Positions 11,770 to 25,864 are shown, counted from the first letter of the stretch. The stretch is DNA of 64,000 bases from Octopus vulgaris (GCA_951406725.2 OX597815.1:192324001-192388000), one strand, 5' to 3'. A program made the numbers and translations. Notes: a model not told the origin generated them from the sequence alone.

Positions 11770-12905
11770 TGTTATTATTATTTAAAACAGTTTGATTCAA
11801 TCCCATGCAACTTACAGTTTCATAGCAACTTACAGAAATCGATAGCTCGTCGGCTGTCTGAGCCCCACGAGCGACAAAACGTTAACTTGCACGGTACCGA
11901 ATCAGACTGCTTTAAATAATTGTTGTAATCCTCTGTCGGACTGTTATAACGCCCGCTCCGGTATAGCAATATAGTTAGTTAGACAAGTAAGGAGACGACT
12001 ATTTGTATCCGACTACTCGACCGACACTGTTCACAGTATTTGTATTTGTAACGACTAGCACATGCCACTCGTCATGTGGGAAGGAAGTTCCATTATTACT
12101 ATTATCTCCATAATATCTCCCCTTTTAAGTTTTTCTTTTTTTCTTCAAGAGTGTAATTTTATTTTTTCATGAGCAATAATTTTTACATCACCTCTCCTCC
12201 CTTTCTTGAGTATTTTTTTTCATACAGTTACACATTAAATATTCGTTTCGTTTGGCATCCACTTTCAGGAACTCCGTACATTTTCTTTTTCTTTCGCTTG
12301 TGCCTCTGGGTTCAATTATTTGTAGTGGCGTTGGTACTTGAAAAGTATCATATAACCATTCCGTTGGTTCTTCCATTCTCTTGGGTTCGCTCCCAACGAA
12401 CCTTTTTTCTTAGATGGTTCACGTGTCTTTTGTACACATCTTTTCATTTTACTAAGTATAGCATTTTCCCTATGCGTTTGGTAATCTCGCCTTCTTCCCA
12501 AATTTGTTTTCCGTTCTTATATGCCCTTACAAATACATTTTCATCAATTTTGAAATATCTTGCTGTATTATCCATTGCAATTTTTCTTTTCTTGCCAAGT
12601 AGCAATTTGTCGAAGACTGATTTTATTTTCCACAACGGAAACATTCCACTTTCTTAAATGGGCAATTTTTTGTCAGGTGCAGAACTCCACATGCAAAACA
12701 TGGGTTTATTTCCTGATTTTGGTCCTGTTTTTACTGTATCTTAGTACATACTTGATTACAATTCTGCCTGTTTCGCACTTGTTTCACTTGGGAGCAATCT
12801 TTATGTTCAATTTTCTCTGTGTCATGTCTTAAATTTACCATTCTTTCACACGCATCTGACACTTGTTCAAAGATTACAGCTTGGTTTTGTTCCAGCTTAT
12901 CGTGC
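11770..12905 (-). mobile_element. internally deleted Gypsy (Mag-like) LTR retrotransposon: gag knuckle, integrase C-terminus, PPT and 3' LTR
   Basis: CFACGVLHLTKNC...CFRCGK (~12628-12700) is followed by KIKSVFDKLL...VFVRAYKNGKQIWEEGEITKRIGKMLYLVK. Polypurine tract at 12116-12126. The LTR at ~12114-11770 ends in CA. Confidence 0.82.
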
Positions 12906-12984
12906 ATGTTTGCTTGTGTGTGAGTGTGTGTGCGTATGTGTGTGTATATATATAAATGTATGTATGTATGAATGTATGTGTGCA

Positions 12985-13452
12985 TGTAATTATTCAGCTT
13001 TATTTCAGGATTTCTTGCCAATAGAGAAAGAGCCGGTTTCTAACCTAGATCCAAGGCTTCTTCATTGGAATTTCAACATCAACAACAGGGTAGTTTTGTT
13101 TGTATGTATGTATGTATGTATGTATATGTGCAGATTTGAATGCTTTGTTTTATGTATGCATTCTCAAGCATATTGTTGCCTATTTAGACATACTCATATA
13201 TTTAAATACTACACTTCTTGTAAGTTTTACAGATTTTTGCATTTCCAGTGATGGATTGAATCTGTAGTTTTCGAATTAGCTTTCTCCGATCTGGTTTTAA
13301 GAAGCCTAATTTCTCAAGACTGGTATTTAGGTAGTGTGTTACATATCCCAGGGCTCCAATAATTACGTGTAATCTGGATAGGGTAACTGCAGATTTCTCA
13401 ATAGTTCAATGTAGGTGTTCTCTTTTTCACTGATCTTCAGCTTTATGTTAAC
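12985..13452. mobile_element. unclassified repeat fragments embedded in (ATGT)n tracts
   Basis: Two complex blocks, each bounded by ATGT repeats, with no recognisable protein motif. Confidence 0.35.
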
Positions 13453-13483
<31 letters not shown>

Positions 13484-13505
13484 TGTATGTATGTATGTAT
13501 GTATG

Positions 13506-13536
<31 letters not shown>

Positions 13537-14008
13537 GCCTATGTATATTAGTGTTTATGTTTAGTGGTGTAAACGGCGTGTCGTATTGTATCTCTCTATG
13601 TCCAAAGAGCGCGAAAATAAGCTCGTGATTAAAATAAGTCTTGGGGGTCGATGATATCAAACAAAACGTCTGAAGGTGGCACCTCAGCATGGTCGTAATT
13701 CAGTGACTGAATCAAAGAATCAAAGAATAAAAGAATTTCTGCAACATAATTGCGGCCTTGAACTAATAACATGAGATATGAAGATCACAACACGTTACAA
13801 AGCAAGCTTTCAGTTCCCTCTTTTTGCATTCTGAAATGCTGGGAACGTTTCCGCCGAACCTAGAAATATGTTACATCGGGAATCCACAAACAATAGCAGG
13901 AAACGTACAACTTTCTGGGTGACATGTTTGAACCGATTTTATTCCGCCAACTCCTGCATCTACTTTCACTTTCATTTTAAAGAATCCTCGCATTTGTTTT
14001 ATTTACAG

Positions 14009-14043
14009 TTGCAGACAAATCGACAATAACAGACATCCATTAG
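14009..14043 (+). CDS. candidate terminal coding exon of an unknown host gene (xADKSTITDIH*)
   Basis: Strong acceptor tttgttttatttacag and a short open frame to TAG. It is followed by ~700 bp of unique AT-rich UTR-like DNA with AATAAA at 14451 and 14725. No homology recognised. Confidence 0.25.
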
Positions 14044-14957
14044 CACTGTTATGTTTTTTTCGTTCGCTCCGATTGAGGATGTCTTTCTTTGTATTTCCAA
14101 CAAAGTGTACATAAGCTTTATAATATTTAATACTTCCAACACGAAAAACAAAATATATTGTCTTGATACGTTAGAATATTAATTGTTCTTGTAAACAATA
14201 ACAAGATACCAGATTCGTATTTTGTTTGTATGTCAAATAATTTCTAAACAATCAAACTGTTAGAGGACTTCATATTTGAATTACCTTTTTCTTTAAACAA
14301 AATCCTTATGAGAAGAACAAATAGATAGTTTTAGCTTGACACATAAATCATAAATGTGTATTTTCTTTATAAATACGCCATAGCATAACATTTTGTTTGA
14401 TATTAATTCAGGAAACCTTTGAATCCATATAATAGAAGCACACAGAATTAAATAAATACAATGTAAGCAAATGAGGTGAGAACTGTGGAGTTAGAGGTAA
14501 AAATACTATTGTGCAAAATTCTTGTCATAAGGAAAATTTAATTTTAAAAATACTTAAGTTACACGAAAATATATGTGACTTAGATACGTTTAACAACTGG
14601 GTTTTTCTTTCAATTCCAGATATATTCAAAACCCTCAGAACATTAGGGCTTTGTTCTGTATCGAAAACAAGAAGCAATACAAAAGAAAACAAAATATTTT
14701 CTTGTGGTTTTTAACTCAGAATTCAATAAAATTCTTCAGAATTCTTTTCACGTATGTAGGATACTACATAGATAAACTGTAATTATGAACTTTTTAACAA
14801 AGAAGTTTAGGGATCCAACTTAGTATAAATTCTCTTTAAGCTTTTCATAACTGTATCCTATTCATGAATGTTAGAATGTGATCTTGTTAACGAAGAACAA
14901 AATGTCCAAACAACTTTTATAAACCATGGTATACTTCGAAATATGTATGTATGTATT

Positions 14958-15282
14958 AAAGGCCTGTGATATGCAGGAAACCGACTGGGAGAGCAATGCC
15001 TATCATCGCCACAGATAGAGGAAGCAGGTTAAGGAAGGGGTCGACTCCTTCGAGAGAGCACGTATTCTGCATGAAGAATTTATGCATACTGCTCGAAAGC
15101 GTACCGCTACCGTAGTGAATGGGGAAGGCTTGGTCTGCAATGTTTGCAGTCGTGTATGCTTGTCAGGAGCAGGGCTCATTAGCCACCAACGGAGCCGCAA
15201 ATGCAAAAAGTTAGTCCTAGAGCGCATAATGTTCCTAAAGGTCAGTAATGGTCTTCCTCGGTCACGAGTGGACGGCCATAAT
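14958..15282 (+). mobile_element. RTE-clade LINE 3' end
   Basis: DWESNA..R..RKQVKEG...CNVCSRVCLSGAGLISHQR (C-terminal zinc finger), a short 3' UTR and an (ATGT)n tail. Confidence 0.8.
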
Positions 15283-15380
15283 CATGTATGTATGTATGTA
15301 TGTATGTATGTATGTATGTGATAAAATAGTAATCAAAGAGGGCCATAGAGGAAAAATGGCTGAGAACCATTGATGTAGAG

Positions 15381-15599
15381 CAGTGCTTTTCAAACTTTTT
15401 GCTGGAGCGGAACCCAAAGGAAACATTCCACTGGCTCGAGGAAGCCCTGTGCAATAATTTAATAGTCTTATGCACACATATCTGCACAGGAGAATGAAAA
15501 ATTACTGCCGATTTTAGCATTTTTGTAACTTCTTGCGGAACCGCTGGACTGTACTGGCGGAACCCTAAGGTTCCACGGAACCCTGGTTGAAAACCACTG
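15381..15599. mobile_element. hAT (Charlie-like) MITE
   Basis: TIRs cagtgcttttcaa / ttgaaaaccactg. Perfect 8-bp TSD atgtagag at 15373-15380 and 15600-15607. Confidence 0.92.
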
Positions 15600-16534
15600 A
15601 TGTAGAGCATTACATTACACAGCACTTTTTCTACAGCATATCAACAGAAGTCTTGGACTTCTGAGGATATGCTGTAGAAGAAGATATGCTGCGGGGATAA
15701 CGGCACACATATCGGATTGGAAGGATTATTAGAACTTCGGGCAAAACAACTTGCAGTACTTATTTACGTCTCTTAACGTTTTGAGTTCAAATCCAGTCAC
15801 GGCCAAATTTATCTCATACTATTTCATGGTCGATAAAAGTGAGACTTGAATACGTTTCACAACTGGGTTTTTCTTGCGATTCCAGACATATTCAAAACCC
15901 TCAAGACAATAGGGCTTTGTGCTGAACCGAAAACAAGAAGCAAATCAAAAGAAAACTAAACCTTTTCTTGTGGTTTTTAACTCAGAATTCAATAAAATTC
16001 TTCAGGATTTTTTTTCACTTATGTATGGCTTCTCTTGCAATTCCAGATATATTCAAAACCCTCAGAACATTAGGGGTTTCTGCTGAATCGAAAACAAGAA
16101 ACAATTGGAGTTGATTTAATCCAAAATTCCCCTTCCCAAATATGAAATTTCCTGCCTATGTTAAACGTTAATTAAACAGCTGTTTGCTTTTTAAAATTAG
16201 TTTGTTTACATGTATTGTGTGCAGGTGTGTTCCAGGTTCGATCCAGTTCCACGGAATGGAATGTTGACCGAATATCTTTCAAACCTTGTAAAACTGTGCT
16301 GACTGACATTGAAAGGAAGTTTAGATTCCCATCGTTTAGGGCTATGCCTGTAATGACTTGAAGGCGCAGGTGCGGCTCTGTGCGGTAAGAAGTATGCTTC
16401 CAGATTCAGTCTCATTGCGTGGAGCCTTGTGTAAGTGTCTTTTACCATATTCTAGAGCCGATAGAAGCCTTGTGAGTAGATCTGGTGGACGGAAACTTAA
16501 AGAAGCCCTTCATGTGTGTACGTGTGTGTGTGTA

Positions 16535-16591
<57 letters not shown>

Positions 16592-16740
16592 CGATAGGTG
16601 AATGAATTATCCTATGTTTAACGTCAACATGGAAAATTCGATGAACCGATACCAGGGTAGCAAATTCACGTCAGAAACACGGTTGAAGCAACCTGTCCAA
16701 GGGTAGAAACTCTGGATTCATGTGCTGAAAATTGTGTGTT

Positions 16741-16903
16741 ATATATGAATAAATAAATAAATGGAGTTGAACGAAGATGTTAACAAAATTCCTTTACTCT
16801 CGACATATGTTTCGAAGACAACATGGTTTTATTCCAAAGGAAACATATGTCGAGAGTAAAAGAATTTTGTTAACATCTTCGTTCAACTCCATTTATTTAT
16901 TTA

Positions 16904-16912
<9 letters not shown>
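16741..16912. repeat. long hairpin formed by two inverted Penelope-like 3' ends
   Basis: ~72 bp near-perfect arms. The arm is homologous to 25865-25940 and 36915-36940. Confidence 0.88.
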
Positions 16913-16945
<33 letters not shown>

Positions 16946-16946
<1 letters not shown>

Positions 16947-17165
16947 TGTGATCCCTTGCCATATCGCGGTTCACCTATCGCGGTTTATTATTTAAGTTTA
17001 CGTCGATTCCTCAGTGATGTTATTTTGCATTTATAATAAAATAAATATGCACAAATTATAAACATAAAACAAAAAAAGTACAGTGATGTTTCTCCTTCGC
17101 GGATTTTCACCTATCGCGGGGGTGGGGAATTAGAACGTAACACCGCGATAGTCGAGAGGTTACTG
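16946..17165. mobile_element. Tc1/pogo(Tigger)-type MITE
   Basis: TA|ctgtgatcccttgccatatcgcgg ... ccgcgatagtcgagaggttactg|TA. Confidence 0.7.
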
Positions 17166-17388
17166 TATATATCGTTGTTATTATGTTAAACTGTTGTATG
17201 TCCAAATTTGGCCAAATGCGTTTTTTCAATATTTATTTTTGCTTGCAATAACCGGTTCTTTTAGTCAAACTATCGAATCTCCAGCTGCTTCAAATGCCAA
17301 GATATCAAAAATTGTCAAAGTGTAGTACAACGGTTTTGCTATGGAATGGTGAAACTATTTTTTCGTTTTGTGAAAAAGCAACGTTTTA

Positions 17389-18205
17389 CAGGGGTTGGAC
17401 AAAATAATGGAAACACCTAGCATCATAGCATCATAATTTTGAAGTATCTATGAAACCGTCAAAAGCTTGTTTATTTTTATGTTTTTTGATTTATTATTAG
17501 TGTTGCCTAATATGTTTGGCTAAAATTGCTGTTTCTTTTCAGATATCATCTGAAAAAATTAATTAAAATTCATTAAAATGACAGATCTATCGGACTTTCA
17601 AAGAAGTCAAATTGTTGGTGCTCGTATGGCAGGCGCTAGCGTAACAAAAACAGCCGAAATGTTTGGTGTCTCAAGAAGTACTGTCTTGAGAGTAATGACA
17701 GCCTTTGAGCAAGAGGAAAAAACTCCTCGTCAAAACTCCGGAAGAAAACCAAAACTTTCAGAATGGGACTGTCGGACTCTTACGCGAAATGTTAGAAAGG
17801 ATCACAAAAGTACAGCTCCCAAAATTACTCCAAAGCTTAATGACCACCTCGAGAACCCAGTTTCCAGAAAAACTGTTCCTCTGGAGCTGTACAAAGCCGG
17901 ATTTCACGGGAGGTCTGCAATCAGAAAATCACTACTTTCAAAAATAAACGTTGCAAAGCGTTTAGAGTGGAGTAAAACCCTACAGAATTGGTCCCTAGAG
18001 CAGTGGAAGAATGTTATTTTCTCGGACGAGTCATCCTTTAACTTATTTCCGACTACCGGCCGAGTATACGAGTAGAGATAGCCAAAAGAAACATTGGACC
18101 CAGACTGCCTTCTTCCAACTGTTAAACATGGAGGAGGATCTGAGATGATCTGGGGTGGGGCTATGTTTTGGAAATCCGCCGGCCCAATGGTTTCCCATGG
18201 AATAC
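17389..18205 (+). mobile_element. Tc1-family transposon, 3' truncated
   Basis: TA|CAGGGGTTGGACAAAATAATGGAAACACC left TIR followed by the transposase frame. Confidence 0.92.
17578..18200 (+). pseudogene. Tc1 transposase pseudogene
   Basis: Paired-like HTH, SGRKPKLS and WKNVIFSDES. After the stop at 18073 the frame continues with ...PTVKHGGGSEMIWG. The rest of the DDE domain is missing. Confidence 0.92.
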
Positions 18206-18305
18206 TCGACCACATAAATTACTGTATAAGCTGTTGAGTTAGTAGTTTCGTGGGTCGAAACACAGGCCACGTATTGGCGATTATGTCATAAGATCTATGT
18301 ACTTA

Positions 18306-18357
<52 letters not shown>

Positions 18358-19049
18358 ATACATGTTTATAACTATCTTTACGAAATAAGACTTTTACAGT
18401 TTAAGAGTCGTTTTATTTTTCTGTCCCATTAAAAACTATGCGACAATTTATGCAAGAGTTCTACTATTCTACTAATTCTATTCATGAAACCTTAGTTTCA
18501 ATTTGCGTTTGTCTGGTTTGAGCAACACAAAAAGACAAAAAAACAGAATCACTTATAAGATATATGTTTTGTGAAGTTTGTACACAGAAAAGTACATTTA
18601 ATAACCTTCAGCAATGAATTTGTCCAGAAACAAAATACATATATTAAGCGAAATCTTATTAACACAAGATATAGATGCAAATACAATAAGAAATTTTTAG
18701 ACAACCAATCAGATTGTAAATAACACGTCTATGTAAACAAATAAAGCCAGCAACAATAGATTCAGGAATTCCAAATGAATAACCATAAAAAGAAAAAGAA
18801 AGAATTTCAGGAACATATTCAAATAAAATGTAAATTACACAAACACATATAAACTACATTTGGTCTTGTTGAGCAAATATAAACTAGGACAGATTTCGCT
18901 TTTAATAGCAAATACGTTAACACCAAAAACGGAAGAAGAAAATAATAAACGAAAGCACCAAATGTGTTACGATTTCGATAAATCTACAAAAAATAGCAGC
19001 TAAATGTTCCTCAAATTACACTGTACTTCCTGAAATGATTCTTTTTAAC

Positions 19050-19977
19050 TCTAGGCTTGAGATTTGGCGAAAGGAGGCTAGTTAGTTACTTCGATCCCTG
19101 TATTCAGTTGGTATTTATTTTATCGACCCTCAAAGGAATAATAATATGCGATGTCGATCTCGATGGAATTTGAACTCAGAATGTAATACTGGAAGAAATA
19201 CCTATTTCTTTATTACCCACAAGGGGCTAAACATAGAGGGGACAAACAAGGACAGACATAGGTATTAAGTCGATTATATCGACCCCAGTGCGTAACTGGT
19301 ACTTATTTAATCGACCCCGAAAGGATGAAAGGCAAAGTCGACCTCGGCGGAATTTGAACTCAGAACGTAATACTGGAAGAAATACCGCTGAACATTTTGT
19401 CACTGCTTTTAGTTTCTTAAATAATATTGGGTTGTCCGGAAAGTTCGTGCCAATTTATAGTAGCTTACATTTCGACTTACCCTCCCAGGAACCTCAATTC
19501 TGGGAAGAGGGTATTTTCAAGTTAAAAGAAAGATTGTGCAACAAAATGGTTCATATTTGGTTGATTAAAAATGTAATGGCAAGTATTTATTGATCTTTTT
19601 CTTTCCTTTAAAAGTCGGCACGAACTTTCCGGACAACCCAATAGTTTCTCCTACAGACACAAGGCCGGAAATTTTTATGAGATCGAGTTTAATCGATTAA
19701 GTCCACTCAGTGCTCAACTGCTTCTTATTTCATCGACCCCTGGAAAGATAAAAGGCAAAGTCGACCGTCGTGGAACTTGAACTCAGAATGTAAAGACGGA
19801 TGAAATGTCGCTAAGCATTTTGCTCGTCGACTTAACGATTCTGCCAGCTCACTGCCTTAAGTTTCTTAAATAATGGTTTCAAATTCTGCCACAAGGGGAG
19901 CAGTTTTGGGGGAGGGGATGAATTGATTGCATCGACCCCAGTGTTCAACTGGTACTTATTTTATCGATCCCGAAAGG
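19050..19977 (-). mobile_element. cluster of SINE family B copies
   Basis: Core repeats at ~19050-19390, 19655-19860 and 19875-19977. Confidence 0.8.
19427..19640 (+). mobile_element. internally deleted mariner (MITE)
   Basis: TIRs ttgggttgtccggaaagttcgtgcc / ggcacgaactttccggacaacccaa flanked by TA. Retains the transposase C-terminal FWEEGIFKLKER. Confidence 0.88.
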
Positions 19978-20390
19978 CCCTTTGAATTAGGGGGACTAGG
20001 ACTGTTCATTTGTTGAGTTTTCACGCACTTTAACCACCATACTTTGTTGTACGAAGCTGTAGTAAATAACTGTTGCTCGCGCTTCTATAGATTAGGATCG
20101 AACCCGTTGCTTCGTGATGGCGAAGCAAACCTCTTAAACATTTAGCCATGAAAATACATACACATATTCACGTGCGCGCACGCATACACCATTATGTAAT
20201 ATATACGTATATGTGTGTGCGCGCGTGTATGGCTATGCTCCAGCATGGCCACTGCCCTTGGGCTGAACACAAAATTTAAGGAATATATATATAGATACTT
20301 GTATGTGCGTATGTCTTCGTATATTCTTTTATCATGCATGCATGCATACATACATACATACATACATACATACATACATACATACATACA

Positions 20391-20426
<36 letters not shown>

Positions 20427-20892
20427 TATATGGATGTTTTGTCTCATTTTTGTATCACTGAATTGTTCGGATGTTTTGCGTTCTTGTTCCATTTTGTATT
20501 ATATATATATAAATATATGTATATATATATACATATATATATGTATAGATAAATATATATATAAATATATTACCCTCGTTCTTGTCTAGCGACCCCCCAT
20601 ATTTGCTTTCGTTCGGTTTCCTTTTATGTTTCCACTGTCCTATTTTTTTCCCCAACTTTGACCCTCCATAAATACCAAATTTTATTTTGGTACTTAGGAG
20701 AGCAACTGTCTTCGAAGACTCATACTGTCGTTCAATGCTCGACATAAGGAGCAGATAGACAGCCGACAACTGATGAAGGGTCGTTCTTTATTATGTTACT
20801 TGTCCTGTTTTCCATTTGTTTCTCTCTTTGTTTACGTACTGAACTCATTTGTTTTCGTATTTCATGTTGTTTACTGTTGGTGACGTCCTGCA

Positions 20893-20987
<95 letters not shown>

Positions 20988-21137
20988 CCGCACATGTATC
21001 TTTGTGTCTGTACTTTGCGCATAGGCGTGTGTATGTGCGCCTGTGCAAATGTATATGTGTGTTTATGAGATAGGGAAAAGAGAATATCTCACATAACGAT
21101 TGTATATGTGTGTGTTTCTGTGTGTATGTATGTGTGT

Positions 21138-21172
<35 letters not shown>

Positions 21173-21705
21173 CCGTATATAAATATGCATATATATATAA
21201 GTACGTGTGTACGCTTGTATGTTTTTTAACGTCAGCTTTATCTGGTCATTTCGTATTTTTCAATATTTATTGAACTGATCTTTCCCCGCTTGATTCACTC
21301 CGCTTATTTGTAGTGGACAGAGAATTAGGTTATTGCCTTTTGAAATTAAAATTACTTCCACATGAATGAGCTCAAATCCAAACTTTGTATTGTTTTCATG
21401 TCGCTATCAAATCTTTCGTTTAGTTCTCAAATTATCCAAACAACAAACCAGTTTAGTTAATCTCGGGGTTGTTGTTTGTGAGAATAATAACAATTTTTAG
21501 AAGACTTGGAATCGGCGTCGTCATAAATGTCTCTTTGGTTTCTGAAACTCCAGGGCCATTGGTTAGCGGGGTTGTTTAGTGTGGGGAAAGAGTCACGATA
21601 TCAATCCCCAGGGCAATTTATATTCTAGACTTTTGTGTCTACGGTGTAATTGAGTTGAGATGATGAAAGGGCTGACCGGTTGTAGAGTGGATTCTGCGAT
21701 TATAT

Positions 21706-22072
21706 ATTTCTTTATTGCCCACAAGGAGCTAAACACAGAGAGGACAAACAAGGACAGACAAAGGGATTAAGTCGATTACATCGACCCCAATGTGTAACTG
21801 GTACTTATTTAATCGACCCCGAAAGGATGAAAGGCAAAGTCGACCTCGGCGGAATTTGAACTCAGAACGTAACGACAGACGAAATACCTATTTCTTTACT
21901 ACCCACAAGGAGCTAAACACAGAACGGACAAACAAGGACAGACAAACGGATTAAGTCGATTACATCGACCCCAGTGCGTAACTGGTACTTAATTTATCGA
22001 CCCCGAAAGGATGAAAGGCAAAGTCGACCTCGGTGGAATTTGAACTCAGAACGTGTCTGCCAGCTCGCCGCC
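21706..22072 (-). mobile_element. SINE family B tandem dimer
   Basis: Two ~180 bp units joined at gaaatacc|tatttcttt. Confidence 0.88.
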
Positions 22073-24747
22073 CGTCGCAGTCCACTTTGAAGCTTTCTCA
22101 GTGTGTGACCGGGTGATAAAACGGTCATCGGTCGGATTTTAATTTCAGGACAATATTTGAACTCGAAACACAGAAACTGAAAAAAGATACTGCAAAACAT
22201 TTCGTTCGAGGATTTCAATACTGCAACCAATGACCCTGGATTGGTAATTTATTTAGCAATCTCGAAAGGGTTTTTGATCGCGTGGTTTTAATAAAGAACA
22301 CAGGGAGCTGGAATAAATATTGGTTTCAAATTTTGATACAAGGAAGTATTTTATAATTAAAGTTTGTAGGAAGAGGTAGCTCAGATGAGCTGGTTCGTGC
22401 ACACGCAAAGTATAGGTGGAGAAGAGAGCAGTTAGGTGCTAACAAGCATTTTAAGAGCAATGAAAACCAAGCTGCAGAGGATGAGGGCGCTGGTAGGTGT
22501 TAAGAAGAATGTTGGGAACAATAAAAAATATAAAAATAGTTCCGACAAGAAAATAGATAAAGTTGAAGGATTAAATTAATAGATTGTAAGCAACTAGGCG
22601 TAGGATTGGCTGTGTGGTAAGTAGCTTGCTTACGAACCACATGGTTCCGGATTCAGTCCCACTGCGTGGCACCTTGGGCAAGTGTCTTCTACTATAGCCT
22701 CGGGCCGACCAAAGCCTTGTGAGAGGATTTGGTAGACGGAAACTGAAAGCAGCCCATCATGTGTGTGTGTGTGTTTGTGTGTATATGTGTGTGTGTGTGT
22801 ATATGTTTGTGTATATGTTTTTTTGTCCCCCCCAACATCGCTTGTCAACCGATGCTGGTGTGTTTACGTCCCCGTAACGTAGCAGTTCGGCAAAAGGAGA
22901 CCGATAGAATAAGTACTAGGGCTTACAAAGAATAAGTCCCGGGGTCGATTTGCTCTCGACTAAAGGCGGTGCTCCAGCATGGCCACAGTCACACGACTGA
23001 AACAAGAAAAAGAGTTAAAGAGTAACTAAAATATACAGAAAATGGAAACTGAAAAATGCTGAGGAGAGCGGGCAGACATTTTAAAATGTCACGCCGAAAA
23101 AATATATTTTCAAAAGAAGGAAAAAAAAAAGATTTTACATAAATACGTATCGTGATTTTAGATTTCAAAAATGTTAGAATTCATTTGAGCTTCGGTTAAG
23201 GCAAAATTGGTCAAATTCCAAAATTAGTGGTCCATCCATTTTCTCCATCCGTTATTCCTGGGAGGGTTGTGGGGTTAGGGCCCTCGGCATCTTCTCCATA
23301 GAGTTCTACCAGATGCAGCTTTCAATGCATTTTCCGAGCGGATTACCAAGCGCGATCAACTGAGACTATGGAAGTTATCCAATCATTTCGTTATTGGTCT
23401 ACCCCCCACCCCTACAAGTCTCCTGCCCTTTGGTTCGGCTTGAAAAATCCGTCTTGTGGCTCTTTCCTGGGAGGTTTACTTGGGCTCTGAATTACGCACC
23501 CTCTCGAGTGACATTACTCCAGAGATCTTTCGGAGGGAGTCTGTTGCAGCCGCTTGCATTCGCGATCGTACATTCATGACCATCGATGAAGATAGGCACG
23601 AAAACCCGAATTGAAGGCAATGAGTACATTCCTTACAACTACTGTATATGCGAAATTTCGTAACCAGAGTTTCTGTAACGCGGAGGATGGCAGGATGTAG
23701 AAACTAACTATCAGATTGTAAACATAAAAAAAAATATACAAAAACAAAACAAGAATGGATATCCAGTATTTCGCATAAGATAGAATCGGTACATCTGAAG
23801 GATTTTGAAATGATTGCTAGATGAGAAGAGAGGCAATAGATCAAAAGAAGGCAGAGAAAATTATTAGAAGTGTCGTCATAATTGTCAACTGAATCTTCAT
23901 CGTAATGATAATCATAAATTTTAGTTCGGTTTGGCATGAATCTATCTTAAATGGAAAATTTAAATGCTAGTTAGATTTTAACTTTAATAACCAAACGTAG
24001 TAATCATATGGTTATACTCGGCATCGACTGAAGGATCAGCGAATTTTCGCTTTCATCTAAATATTTCAAGCAATTTCGAAAATTATTGATGGAATCGTAC
24101 AGCTTACTGCTACAGTAAAGTGTAGAACTTTATAAAGTTTCATTCCTAGTTTAGGAATCAGAGAAATGAGTATGGAATTTAAGAGATAAAGCGAACATTC
24201 TCATTAGAAGAAAAGACATACCGTTTATGCTATATCGTGAACGCTGAGGAGCAGATACCGAATGCTGGAGCTTCTATAGAATTTAAATTGCTATTCCCAA
24301 TTAGTCGAATGTCACGTTTTTCAATAAAGGCTGTATTATTCCTTTGTTAGTGTTGTTATACCATTATCTGAGGCTGTTGGATTAATCGTAGACACTCCGG
24401 TACCAAACTATTTAATTAACGGTCTTAGGAAGTATAAACGTTACAAAGCGAATCTATCTGCTCCATTCATTCGTTAATTGGGATTCAATCAAACACAGAG
24501 TGGAGGGTGGGGTGGTGACGGTGGTAGAGGTATGATGGGGGATGGGTGTATGAGGGTGGTGACGAAAGGTATATCTAGGGTGGATGCTAGAGTATCAACG
24601 ATAATTCTTGGATACTGATATCGTACATGTGGGACTAAGCTGTTGGTGGGTGGGCGGGGGGGACCAACATTTTAGTTTAGGGCCTAATTGAGTTAGTTGG
24701 TTCACAACAAATATTTACTCTTCGCCATTTGCCTCTCGTAGGAACCG

Positions 24748-24772
24748 TATAGTAGTAGTAGTAGTAGTGGTG

Positions 24773-24853
<81 letters not shown>
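24748..24853. repeat. (GTA)n/(GTG)n microsatellite
   Basis: Seen directly in the sequence. Confidence 0.95.
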
Positions 24854-25478
24854 ACCGAACAAAACTTACGTCGAAAGCGTCCCGGCTAAGATTATCCGAT
24901 CTCATTTTCAGGTATACTATATCTAGACATCTAAGGCCATATTATCCAATCTGCATTTAGTTCTAATTTTGTGATTTTGGGAGTATTTGATGGGAGAGGG
25001 TGGGGGTGGGGAGAGAGAGATTCAACTGATATGTCTGTGATGGTTCTTGATTCGGAGATGAAGAGTGTAAAATCTTAGCAGTTTATATCGTGTTATGTGT
25101 GCGTATGTGTGTACACACACATATATATATATATACGTGTATATATACATACGTGTACATTATATATATATATGTATATATATATAAAAAAATAAATATA
25201 TATATACATTAGTACATATATATACATATATATACACACACACACACATATATACATGCATATATATTTCTTTACTACCCACAAGGGGCTAAACACAGAG
25301 GGGAAAAACAAGGACAAACAAACGGATTAAGGCACTTATCAAAGGCACTTATCAAACTTAGATAAGTGTTAACGCACGAAATTCTCCAGCCCCGAGTCAC
25401 TTTGTTACTTCTGCTAAACGTTAATATACATGCATGCATGCAAATATCATGTAAGTGTGTATATGTACATACACATAC

Positions 25479-25521
<43 letters not shown>

Positions 25522-25529
<8 letters not shown>

Positions 25530-25665
25530 GGGAATAAATCCAAACTTACAGGGAAAAATTAGATTTAGGATTAAATCCAATTTTATAGTATAAATATATT
25601 ATATTATATTATATTAAATTAGAGATAAAACCACTATTAGGCAAACCAAACAGTGAAAAACATAA
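25522..25665 (-). mobile_element. putative Penelope-like terminal fragment abutting (TA)n
   Basis: Near-identical to 28091-28235. Confidence 0.6.
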
Positions 25666-25793
25666 TGCGAAGTGCATTATGACCACCGATGTGTAGCAAC
25701 ATCTGATAGCCTGGGTGATCACGGTGATATATATATACGACGGGTTTCTTTCAGTTTCCGTCTACCAAATCAACTCACAGACGTAATTAGAAA

Positions 25794-25824
<31 letters not shown>

Positions 25825-25864
25825 ATATATTAAATTAGAGATAAACATATATATATGTGCGTGT

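Noticed and set aside
23581-23605. catcgatgaaga resembling the 5.8S rRNA motif
   Set aside because: Only ~12 nt match and the flanks do not continue as rRNA.
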